NCBI GenBank assembly: GCA_021432655.1
Contig: MU271387.1
Location: forward strand, 1-64,000
Length of the DNA stretch: 64,000 nt
Origin: Atractiella rhizophila
Taxonomy: Eukaryota
Direction: 5' to 3'
Shown here: positions 24,251-36,199 of the stretch, piece after piece
Layout: each line of letters starts with the position of its first letter
Numbering within the stretch: the first letter of the stretch is position 1
Program-made: the position numbers and the translations under genes
Notes under the pieces: model-generated
Databases searched by the model: none
What the model was told of the DNA's origin: nothing
Seen by the model: only the letters and a program-made list of their open reading frames with translations

Positions 24251-26998
24251 ATGGATCACACGAGTTCACGCTCAGTTTCCTCGACAGCCGACGAAAAAGT
24301 CCCGTCAAAACTTGACGAATTGGAGGTTATCAGAGAGGAGCATCATTATCCTGTTCCGCACGCTGAGGTTTACGAGGATGTGCAATTGACATGGAGGTCA
24401 TGGCTTGCAGTTCTGGTCTCTTGTTTCGCAATCTTCTCCCAAGTTTTCGTTGTTACGAGTGCCCCTTCAGTGATCGCGTTCATCGGTGCGTTTATATTCT
24501 ATATGTTCTTTTTATCTACTTTCTTACGTCGATTGAAGTGCGAGATTTGGGTGGAGCTAACCTGTCAGGATGGATAATCCAGGCTCCCATCCTTATGCAG
24601 GTGCGTGAGTGCCAACAGATAATTACGGCTCCTGACTTGGGGCTACAGGCTGCGCTCTCACCATTTACTGGGCGTTTGAGTGATCTTGTGGACCGAAAGG
24701 TACCATTTTATTGTTGACATATAACTGTCCCTCACAGAGAGACTTAGTATCTAGCAGGGATCCCACCTCTTCTCGGCGTTGTGGGAGCTGTCATCAGCGC
24801 GAAAGCTGAGAACGTCAACTGGCTCATCGGAGGAGGAATCCTCATCGGCGCAACGCTCTCGACCGTCTCGATCGCGCAAGCAATTCCTTCCGAAGTGCTC
24901 CCTTTGAAGTACCGCGCCTTGGCCAACGGAATGAGCGGCTGGGGAGGTGAGCATAGACCTTGTCCCCGACCCGTTTCCTTACACGGGATCGCAGGAACTT
25001 TGGGTGGTTTGGCTGGCCAGTTAGGCGGAGGTGCTCTGGTCAACAACAACCCTTCTGGTTGGAGGAATATCTACTGGTATTTGGGTTCCGAACAATCATC
25101 AATGTCTGACAAGGATCCTTAGGTTGCAAGTGGGATTTCATGGAGCGACGTTCCTAGGGATTATGCTATGTAAATTTGTTCCCTCTTCATAGAGCGGAAG
25201 CCCTAAGCGAATTTCAGGTTATTGGCCACAAAGGAGATCTGATTTCGACCACATGACCATCAGAGAGTTGATTTGGGCCGTCGATCCCATTGGATGGTTC
25301 GTCGCCAACTGCTCCAAATTTCTCTACTAAAGGTTTATTACAGCCTTTTGCTTATTGGAGGCAGCACTCTTTGCCTTATTGCTTTGGACTGGACGAGCAC
25401 CTACCACTGGTCCGACCCTCATGTGGTAGCACCACTTGTTATTGGAATCTTGATGTTGTTAGGATTCGGCATTTATGAGTGGAAAGGTCGAACGGATGGA
25501 TTGGTTGCCCACGAATTCTTTAGACGCAATCGAAATTTTGCCTTAGGAGTTTTTGCGTTCTCGGTAGAAGGATTTATCTTTTATTCCGCCGTATGGAGTT
25601 CATATGTTACTCTCACACCGCTCCTAACATTTTCTTCCAAAACAGGTTGCACAGTAAGTTCCAATCTTACCCTACCTGTTACGTTTGTCTCCAGCTTCGC
25701 TAACTTCCAAATAATAGGTACATTCCTCAAATCACTCTCAACCTCGGCTTTGAAAATGACGCTTGGAGAATATCCGTTCGACAACTATCTTATCTGCTTC
25801 CCTTCCTTGCATGTAAGTAATTCGCTGCCCTTGGGAAGATCGAAAGTGCTGACGAGCCTGACAGGTAGCATAACTGTCGCGTATGAACATCACTCCGACC
25901 CTTGCAGCGATTGACACAAACGAGTTAGCTTCTACTCGACGTGGCGTAAGGACCTCAAATCACCACTCCTCGTCACCTTCACAGTGTTTCTCGTCGTTGC
26001 AATCTGCTACTCTTGCATTCAGCCGTCGTGGAACAGAGCTCAGGTGTGTCGATTTCGAGGTGAAAGCTATTTAGACTAATTTATTCCGGCAAAGTATGCA
26101 TTGAATGTGCTGTCGGGTGTGTTTTCTTAAAACTGTGTGCGTGATCACAATATCTAACTTATTTTTCTTTAGGTATCGGCCAAGCAGGTAGGATCTCTAT
26201 TTGCGACCTCGATAAAAGGTGAACGTACTGGACAGGCCCTTTGACCCTTCTGGTCGCCGTTGTGCAGTTCACAGCGCCGCATCATTATTTGGCAGGTGCA
26301 ACAGGGCTTGGTGAGTTTCATGTGTGGGCATAGTCCAATAATCAATGTTTTCCACCAGCTTTCTCAGGACGTGCCATCGGAGGAGCTTTCGGCAGTGGTT
26401 AGTTCTATTTCTTTTATAAATCTTGCGTTAACTGACAAACCTCATGCAGCAATCCTCGGTGTCGTTGTCAATGCGCGACTGAAAGACTACGGCTCGAAAG
26501 TCGGTAATGCAGCGACGAACGCAGGTCTCCCTCCATCTTCAGTGCCAGCTCTTTTAATAGCATTCGCGAGCGGAGTCGGTTTCGATGCTGTTCCCGGAAT
26601 TACCCCTGCAATCTTGGGTGCTGCAATCTCCCAAAGCCAACAGACTTATGCAAATGCCTATCGGTTTGCTTGGATTACACTCATACCTGTCCGTCGTTAG
26701 TCTTTATGAGACAGCTTTACTGACCAATTGAGTAGTTTATCGTGCTTGCCATAAGTGGGTTCTTGCTTCTCATGACCCGGCTACCTTTTCATGGTCGGAG
26801 TAGTTTCGGTCGCCGTACTGTCTGGCGTGAAGGACCTGATGACGAATGCAGTAGAAGGTATGCCTACCACCTACCACATTCATTTAGCATCTAGCTGATA
26901 TCTTGAACGCAGCTACGGCAGAAAGGTATCCCAAATCGAAAGACGGAGGCGCTGCCCATCACGTTACTGACCCCATAAGTGCTGCTGAAAAAGCATGA
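24251..26998 (+). CDS. MFS transporter, TRI12/DHA2-like efflux pump (copy 1)
   Basis: AALSPFTGRLSDLVDRK (MFS motif A), SEVLPLKYRALANG, GWRNIYW, DPIG, STWRKDLKSPL and YANAYRFAW. Many introns. Confidence 0.9.
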
Positions 26999-27144
26999 CG
27001 CTTATGCGTGGTAACGCCGAGATCGGAGGTGAAAGAGACCAATTTCAATATTGCTACAATAAGAGTGTTAACAAAGGTTAACGCGCATTAGTTAAAGTGG
27101 TGCAGGAATTTCGATGCCTTTGTTCCAAGGTCTGGTGTCTTGTG

Positions 27145-27390
27145 ACATCACGTGAGTTAGCGTAATTGACGACCGGCATTTTTTCTTTGTTTCGCAGTTC
27201 GGACTTCTGCTCCAAAGGATTAAGCTTTAGGCTCTTGTCGCCATAAAAAGCCCGTGGAGTGCCCAAATTCCAACTCCAGAACACTTCCCCGCACAAAGGA
27301 ACATCAGCGTGCTCGTTCTGGCTAAACGAGTTTGCCAAATGCAAATGAATCCGTCTGCTGATGATATCTCGTCCGGGCTCTCATAAAAGA
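27145..27390 (+). promoter_or_regulatory. Conserved promoter blocks of MFS copy 2
   Basis: ACATCACGTGA (27145-27155) and the same ordered blocks as upstream of copy 1. Confidence 0.6.
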
Positions 27391-27458
27391 GCAATATGAG
27401 CAGCACTTTGCTGCTCAATTTTGCTTAATTGCTCAGTTCAGTTGCAAAAGATACAATC

Positions 27459-30207
27459 ATGGATCACTCAAAGTCGGATTCACGCTCAGCTTCGACAACA
27501 GCTGACGAAAAAGGCGTATCAAAACACGATGAGTTAGAGGCGATTAGAGAGGAGCACCATTATCCTGTTCCACACGCAGAGGTATACGATGATGTACAGT
27601 TGACATGGAGGTCGTGGCTTGCAGTTCTGACCGCGTGTTTCGCCATCTTCTCTCAAGTTTTCGTCGTTACTAGTGCTCCTGCAGTGATTGCGTTCATTAG
27701 TGCGTTTGTCCTCCCTAGGTTGATGTCTCTATTTACTTGCATTCAGTTCGGGATTTGGGTGGAGCTGAACTCTCAGGATGGATAATCCAAGCTCCCGTCC
27801 TTATGCAGGTGCGTTGGATTCAAAGCACTATTCCATGTTTGCATGCCGACTCAATGCCTAAGGCTGCCCTCTCGCCTTTTACTGGACGTCTGAGCGATCT
27901 TGTGGACCGAAAGGTACCTTTTTGTTGACAAATAACTTTCCCTCACCAAAAGGAACAGTATTTGGCAGGAATCCCACCTCTTCTCGCTGTTGTAGGGGCC
28001 ATCATCAGCGCGAAGGCTGAGAACATCAACTGGCTCATCGGGGGAGGTATTCTCATCGGTGCAACCCTCTCGACGATTTCTATTGTGCAAGCGATTCCTT
28101 CTGAAGTGCTTCCTTTGAAGTACCGTGCCTTGGCAAACGGGATGAGCGGTTGGGGAGGTGAGTGGGAAGCTTGTTCTTCGCCCTGCTTCTCACAAAACGC
28201 AGGTACTTTGGGTGGTTTGGCTGGCCAGTTAGGAGGAGGTGCTCTGGTCAACAACAATCCTTCTGGTTGGAGGAATATCTTTTGGTACGCTCGCTCAAGA
28301 TAATGAGGATCCCTGATATCTGAAAAATCCTTAGGCTACAAGTCGGATTTCATGGAGCAACGTTCCTAGGGATTATGCTATGTAAATTTGTTCCCTCTTG
28401 ATATCTTGATAGAGCTGAAGCCCTAGGCGAATTTCAGGTTATTGGCCACAGAGGCGATCTGATTTCGACCGTATGCCCATCAGAGAGCTAATTTGGGCTG
28501 TCGACCCCATCGGATGGTGAGTCCAATGCCTGCTCATATTGCCGAATCTTGGCTCACAGTGGGTTACAGCTTTTTGCTTATTGGAGGCAGCACTCTTTGC
28601 TTGGTTGCTTTGGACTGGACGAGCACGTACGACTGGTCTGATGCTCATGTAGTGGCACCACTTGTTATTGGGCTCGTGATGCTGCTAGGCTTCATCATTT
28701 ACGAGTGGAAAGGACGAACGGATGGACTGGTCGCTCATGACTTCTTCAGACGCAATCGCAATTTCGTTCTGGGTGTTTTCGCGTTCTCCGTAGAAGGGTT
28801 TATCTTTTATTCAGCGGTATGGAGCTTATCCTTCTCTTTGCCATCGTCTTAATCTCCTTCGTTCAAAACAGGTTGCGCAGTGTGTTTTCCTTTTTCCTTT
28901 ATCGTGCCTCTGTTTTATTGATACCCGGATACCTAGATACACTCCCCAAATCATTCTCAACCTCGGATTCCAAACCGACGCGTGGAAGATAGCTATTCGA
29001 CAATTGACCTATCAGCTCCCCTTCTTTGCGTGTAAGTGATAGTCTGCTCATAAAGCCGAAAGTGCTAACGGGTCTCGCAGGTAGCATAATTGTCGCGTAT
29101 GTACATCATTGCGACCCTGGCACTGATTGACGATCGCATTAGTTTCTACTCAACTTGGCGCAAAGACCTTAAATCACCACTTCTCATCACATTCACATTG
29201 TTTCTTGTCGTTGCGATCTGCTACTCTTGCATTCAGCCGTCGTGGAACAAAGCTCAGGTCGGTCAATTTGTAGCTCGAGACTGTTTTTTTCAGGCTGACT
29301 TATCCCTCGGATAGTATGCATTAAATGTGTTGTCAGGTTTGTTTCTTTAAATGTCTGCCCGATAATAACATCTAACTTCTTTTAATTAGGTATTGGTCAA
29401 GCAGGTAGGATTTTTATTTGCGACCTCGATAAAAGGTAAAAGTAGTGGACAGGACCTTTAACCCTTCTGGTCGCCGTGGTGCAGTTCACAGCGCCGCATC
29501 ATTATCTCGCCGGTGCAACAGGACTTGGTGAGTTTCACGCATGCGGATGAACCAACAACCAATGTTTTCCACTAGCTTTCTCAGGACGTGCCATTGGAGG
29601 AGCTTTCGGCAGCGGTCGGTTCTATTTCTTTTATAAATCCCGCGTTAACTGACAAACCTCATGCAGCAATCCTCGGTGTCGTTGTCAATGCGCGACTGAA
29701 GGACTACGCCTCGAAAGTCGGTAATGCTGCAACGAACGCTGGTCTCCCCCCATCATCAGTGCCCGCACTTTTGACAGCATTTGCGAGCGGAGTCGGTTTC
29801 GAAGCTGTTCCTGGAATTACCCCTGCAATCCTGGATGCTGCAACCTCCCAAAGCCAACAGACCTATGCGAACGCTTACCGGTTTGCTTGGATTACACTCA
29901 TACCTGTGCGTCGTTAGTCTTTATGAGCCATCTTTACTGACCAATGGAGCAGTTTATCGTGCTTGCAATAAGTCAGTTTTGCTCTACACCACCAACCTGA
30001 CTTATTTACCGCTCGAATAGTTTCAGTCGCCTTACTATCTGGCGTGAAGGAGCTGATGACCGATGCAGTAGAAGGTAGGTTCTAACCCAATCACTACCAT
30101 CCAGCTGATGTATCTTCAATACAGCTACGGCAGAGAGACACCCCAAAGCGAAGGATGGAAGTGCTGCTCATCACGTTGCCGACCCGATTGATGCTGAGAA
30201 AGCGTGA
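27459..30207 (+). CDS. MFS transporter, TRI12/DHA2-like efflux pump (copy 2, diverged tandem paralog)
   Basis: Same motifs and apparently the same intron positions as copy 1, with many synonymous and intronic differences. Confidence 0.9.
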
Positions 30208-30893
30208 TGCTTATGACTGATAATGTCCGGACGCGAGGTGTAACATCAGTAGTAGATCCATTTATCGATTATTTGTCCTGTAAACCTTGAAGCATCAGCA
30301 TAATCTGCAGACTTCTTAAAAGAGGGTTCAGTGTTTTCAATGCGTCTAGTTTATCTCTAGAAATCTGAGGGCAGTATAAGACCAACAGGCAACCTTGAGT
30401 CCTTGGAACCCAGCAAGGAAGGAAGAGACTGATTGATTTCGCGATAAAACATTAGTTGAATTTGAGTGTATGTGCATACCACTGCGACTGCACTCATCCC
30501 ACGAGAAAGTTGAGGGGAAAGTCTAGTTTACATTGAGACGATGCTGGCCAACGGGTGCTTACATAAATAAAATCTTTTCCCCACTTCCCGCCTTATGGAC
30601 GGACCCCTTTCTCATGAGCAGGCGATCCCGCCGAAAAACAACTTCCCAATCGCAAACACAGTCCGCCACCATCATCCACAAGGGACGAACTACTTCTTCA
30701 CTTCTTCACTCTTTCAGTTCACGTCACCGGTCACCTTCGTCTCTCGCGAATCCTCTCTATCGCCGCGAACACCACTGCCACTCGCCTCGCCCAATTTCTT
30801 ACGTTTTTCAACGCGCTCATTTACAGGCTCGAGCGCATCAAACTAATTATCCATCTGAGCTCCAATTTGCAGTCGTTCACGCATCAACTGAAG

Positions 30894-32259
30894 ATGAACA
30901 CGGGCAGCGAGAGAGTGTCATCCAGCGCTCCCCAACTCCCTCCTCCCAGTTTCACTTCTCCAAAACTCCCGTTTTCGGCTTCCAACCTTCAAGAAATGAT
31001 GAATTCAGACACATGGGATGCAGACGTCGTCAGCGCTATCCGAGTAACGAGGAAGCAAGTCTCCGTTTCCTCCCTCAGGAGCGCGATCAAGAACAAGCAA
31101 TCCGCCCAATCTGTCACAACCATAAAGAGGAAGCCAGTTCCAGATATTGCTTTCGCGATGAAAGAAGACATCGTCTTTCAGACCATCTCCACAACGAAGG
31201 AGAATAGCATCGTCGATTCTCTCCCGAATGCGAACGACAAGATATTGGTCCAGTCCCGTTCTGGAGGGGAAGGGGGGTCCGACGTTCCAGTAATTCCCAT
31301 TGCTATTGCCAACGAAGAGAACGCTGACCCTCCCGCCATACCTACACAAAAGGCAGAAGTCTCAATCCTTCGTGCGAACGGAACACGGCCTTCCACGGCT
31401 AAGACATTGGGAAAGGAAAGGAGCGATCGCCCGATTTCATGTTGGGATGGCGATTTCGAGCAGCAGGGTGCCGATTCGGACAAGAAGGTGGTCAAATATT
31501 CGGAATTCGCGGATGCCCTGATGCGTGCTGTGGAAGAGGATAAATCTAAGGATAGCTTGAAGGCGGGGAATAAGAACGGAATCGAAGGTTCAAAGGCTGA
31601 TCAAGTGAAGGGGACGTTGAGGAAGCTCACAGTTACTCTGCAGAAGCCTTTCGGAGTCTTGAAGAAAATGGTGCATCTTTTGTCAGCTCGTTCTCCGTCT
31701 ATTCTGAAAACTGGAATAGACGTCCAACACCAAGATGTTCTCCTCCAATACCATTACATCGGCGAACAGGAACTCAGCTTACGATCGTAAACTCTTGACC
31801 AAGCGCTCGACACCTCAGATGCCAGTCTCTCCTCAGCATATAGTTCCGCGGCCCCAGCGAGCTCGAGCCTCCACTGCGTCCTCACGCCACTATATTCCCG
31901 GGTTACCTGGCGTCACTCAAGCTCCTCCCAGAACGAGTTTCGCGGAGTCCATCACAATTGCTAGCACTCCCTCTCTCTCTCCTGCCATGACCCAAATGAG
32001 CACAACCACCACTGCCGCGTCTACCACCAGAACCCCCAGCCTCGAAGTCGTAGACATCAAGCAGATGGAGGTATTGAGAAGTCCAGTGATGGCCAAGGTC
32101 TCCAGCTCGCTGGACAGACAAGGTCAAGTTGCCTGTATCGTTAATATGGATGTTGGGTTCGATTTCGACATCCAAGAAGAGGAGGACGGATGGGGGGCGA
32201 TCTTACGCGAAGCCTTGGTCATCGCGGAGAAGAAATCGGCGGAAGGGATCCACCATTGA
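30894..32259 (+). CDS. Hypothetical Ser/Thr/Pro-rich protein, 2 exons
   Basis: Long ORFs 30867..31790 and 31735..32259 are joined by a GT-AG intron (~31671-31719). No domain recognised and the start is uncertain. Confidence 0.6.
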
Positions 32260-32906
32260 CGAAGATTCAATGCTGGATGGATGACCATTTCCTTGTTTCC
32301 TTGTCTATGAACACTTCATTCCTTCTTGATCCGTTCTTTAATTTCTTGCATCGATAAACTGGTCGAGGTGTTCGGAGATTGAAACAATCGGACCAAACAT
32401 ATCGAGGACACCACCTCTTTTTGCTTCTCAGTTGTTCTCTTGCCTCCTTTTCTTGGTGCTCTCCCAATGTCTCCCAATGTCGATAACAGAACCTAGTCGA
32501 TCGTGAAAGTACGTCCAGCTGTAGTATGTACCAGCAGCTCAGCAGCAAGTAGCAGCACTCATTTGCCGACACGAACTGGACGGGAGGCGGTCATGAACGT
32601 AAGATTGGATCCGCTGAAGTGGCGAGATGTCTTACCTTCCCGCAATTCTCCCTCGTCTCAAAAACGCACTAATGAACGACCACTTTGCCATCTACCGCCT
32701 CTCACTCCACTTGCGAATACCTCTCCGATTCCTCTCATCGCCTCTCTTCCACTGCTCCATTTATCCAATTGGATAATTCAGACGCACTCTCGTCCGCCGT
32801 GTTTCCAGGAGCAAAGTAAGAGTAGACAATTCGAACGCCAACTAAACTCTTTCGTTGGCGTCACACGTCTCATCTGCCACTTTCTACCTCCCTCACACGC
32901 GCAGAA

Positions 32907-33873
32907 ATGGCGTCGAATGCATCCGATACGAGTTCCACTGCAGGTTCAAGTATGGGCTCGACAGCCGTTCGGGTAAGAAAGATGCGTTCCACACTTTCAT
33001 TCTTCTCCAACCATCCGGATCCATTTGTCAGCTCTCTCCCCACCACTCCCGCACACAACGTCGACGGCGGCACCGAAACGTCTTCAACGAAAACTAGTCC
33101 CGGATGGAGACGAGAGCCCGAGGATCCTCCATGTGGGATGCGAAGCAAGCCGCTCGATACACCTCCTATGATATACGAAGGCCTTGAGCGTGCTGAAAGT
33201 GCGCTATCAAATGAGGGGTGGAGAATCTCGCCTATGAAAGAAGACGGGAGCAGCAGGGAGTTGCTGGAAGCCACGGCGACGGAGGAGGCTGTAGTCGAGG
33301 ACGAGAGCGGTGTAGAGAAAGTTAGTGCTGAGACGAAGGGCAAGTGGATGCGGAGCATGAAGAAAGGTTTCAGTCGCGTTCTTCGAGCTAGAGTACGTTT
33401 CCAGCCTTCAAGCTGATCTCGACGACTGACGTTTGTTCGTGGACATCATAGTCTAGTTCAGCCTCAGACAAACTCTTCCATCCTCCTACCGACTCACTCG
33501 CACCACCTCCTCTTCCTCACATACCGTCGCCCACATCGTTGCCTCCGATCCTCTCAGCGAACTATGGCCCCATCCTTCCGACACCGCACTCGCACTATCT
33601 AAGCCCATGCAATTCCCACTCATCCTCCACCTCGAAGGTAGTAGAACATTCAGGGTACTTCCTCCACCCTTTCGTTCGCAAGCGGACTCGCTCCCACCGA
33701 CAAGTTCAGCTTCAGTTCCCCCCACTCCTTCTTCCTTCAGCTCAGGATTCACGGAGTTTGATTGGGAGAAGTACGATTTGGACGAGCCCGAAACGTTGCC
33801 GGATGATCCACCTTTTGAGTTGGCCGTTCGTTGTATGCAGAAGAGGTTGATGGAATCTCCGATATATCATTGA
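32907..33873 (+). CDS. Hypothetical low-complexity protein, 2 exons
   Basis: ORF 32907.. splices (gtacgt...tctag) in phase 0 into the frame ending DDPPFELAVRCMQKRLMESPIYH*. Confidence 0.55.
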
Positions 33874-34065
33874 TATCGATAGCTCGTTCGTTATACAGTT
33901 TTCGTTGCAGGGCTGATTGACAGCTGCCGAAGCAAAGGAGTGATTTAGTCTTGTTTATTTCGCTATCATTTGATTTGTCTTTTCCTCCATTCGTAGTGAT
34001 GTAGAAAGTTCGCCCCTACAGTCCATCCTCCGAGAATCTGAAATGCTGTATTCGTTCCCATGTGA

Positions 34066-35005
34066 TCAAGCAAGGGAAGCCGCAAGGATTTCCAAAGATT
34101 TCCTAAAGCAGCCTTCAACTCTCAGGCTGAGCGTCTCAACCTCTTCCATCTCCATCTCCTCTGCATCCGTCTCCTCAACCAACATGGCACGATCTCTCTC
34201 TTCTGCCTCTTCCACCTCCGCCGCAGAGCGAAAGACGTGGAAGTCACTATTTCGCGAGCTTGTTGCCTGTGGCCTGAACGCTGCTATCTCGGATTCGGAG
34301 GAAGCATCAGATCCTGTTTCTGCATCCATTTCAGTGGCTGAGGAAGACACGACCTCGTCTATCGAATGGAGCTCGTCGGTTTCCGTTACTGATGATGCGG
34401 GTGGCACATCAGGCCCAAAAGTGGAGGGGAGGCTGAAGAAAGTCCTGAGATCCTCTTTGAACCCAACGATGAGGTTCCTCAACCGAACCTGATCAGTCTG
34501 GGACACGCCAACGGGCAAGGTTCCACCTTCGTACCTCACTCCCTTTCTCTCTTTACTATCCCAAAGTTCGGCTGAAAGAACAGCGATCCAGCCCTCGTCC
34601 AGGTCTCGCATGAGTTTCCAGACAGCCTCATCTTTCTCGATGGAGGAACAGAGGTCCGCGTATTCGATGATGGACGAAGTTATTTCGCCAGTAAGTCGGA
34701 GAAGAGAGGAGCTTCGCAATGATGCGGAGGAAGAAGTCAGCGGAGGGATTGAGAGCGTCAATGACATGATCGGTTGGGACAATTGGAGCAGTGAGGAAAG
34801 AGAGTCAGCAGGTGACGATGTTGTTCTGTTACAGTAACACATGATTGAATCAGCATAACTCAAATCAGAGAGATTCGAAGTACCGCTTTTTGAATATCCG
34901 AGAGAACTCCAGAAAGGATTTGTCGAAATAATCCACTAGCCTCCTCTCTTGCGTTGCTGTCAGAGGCTTCGAGATGATTGAGTTCGCATCGTCTACCTCC
35001 ATCAT
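34066..35005 (-). CDS. TFB6: Tfb6-like TFIIH-associated protein
   Basis: LTATQERRLVDYFDKSFLEFSRIFKKR, LLRLTGEI, LDEGWIAVL and SQTDQVRLRNL match remembered features of fungal Tfb6-family proteins. Confidence 0.6.
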
Positions 35006-35151
35006 GGTCTTTCTGCTGTATTCGTTTATCCAAGCCGTTTGGATGGATGGGGATTACCGTCTTCGCTGGTCAGATCAGGTTTTCGTGTGGGAATGTCTGA
35101 ATGTTTGATGGTCTTGAATTCATTCGATTTCCGACCGCCGAAAAGACAAAA

Positions 35152-36000
35152 ATGTCGACCTCAAGCTCTTCTGCCTCTTCCCGAGCTTCAACGCCAGAGT
35201 CCGATGCCCAAGTGTACGTATCATAAACTGTCTTTTTGAACAATTCTTCTGACCGTGATGTGCAGGTACGAACCGAAGAAGGGCTTCATCCGGGTTGAAC
35301 GTTGAGCGCTCGCAGCGGAATCAGGATGTTCTTGTCGCAGGTGGAATAGATTGGGATAACGTTGAAGATGATTCAGACATAGAATTATGGGCCATTAGAC
35401 TACCCCCAAAGGTGCGCCAAAGCATCTGTCGAAACATATCTTGCTCACTTTGACATTGGCGGCATGTTTAGGTCAAACCGAAACACCTCTCCAACCTCGA
35501 GCTCTCCGTTCCCCTCGACCCTTCCTCATCCTCATCCTCTCCAATAGCGACGTTCAAAGCGTCCAAAACAGATTGGAATCTTGTCTCCTCCCATCAAGCA
35601 CATGAGATGAACCAGCTCGTTCCCCTTTTACCAAAAGGTGACGGCCTTTCTATCCGTACGTCTGTCCTGTCCCTCTCAGCCATGCATGATTACTCATACA
35701 GTCTTCGTAGCGTCTAAGAAGATATCTCGTCATTTGTCAGTCCAACGCGAGCTGCCGGGCTTCCCCAACGTGGAAAAGGAGGATGAAGAGCCCGTGAGAC
35801 TCTTCAAGCCGCGTCCCAAGAGGCATGTGCAGCCGGACGCTTTGATAACGCACGTATGGGAGCCGGCAGGGTCAAACACAAAAGGAGTGGAAGCCCCATT
35901 AGCGATGGTGGGTGTATCTGGTGGAGTTGCGAAGAAGGAGAAGGAGAAGCGGAAAGCGGGAACTGAGGAGGGTTCGAGGAAGAAAATCAAAAGGGAATGA
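35152..36000 (+). CDS. RPA34: RNA polymerase I subunit A34.5-like
   Basis: YEPKKGF, DWDNVEDDSDIELWAIRLP, LVPLLP, KRHVQPD...WEPAGS and a Lys-rich tail. Confidence 0.7.
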
Positions 36001-36199
36001 ATTTTCTTCTTTCTACCAAGCTGTTGGGTTCATTGCTGGTTATTGAAAAAAATGGGCGGAACGATGCTCCTACATTGCTAACAAGAACTGTGCAACTGGT
36101 ATGGTACACTTTTTGAAGAATTAAGGGAAACGTATACCAATCAATCTACTTCAGACCCAAAGCCCTTCGAACATATCTGAAAATCACTGCAAAAGTTCA

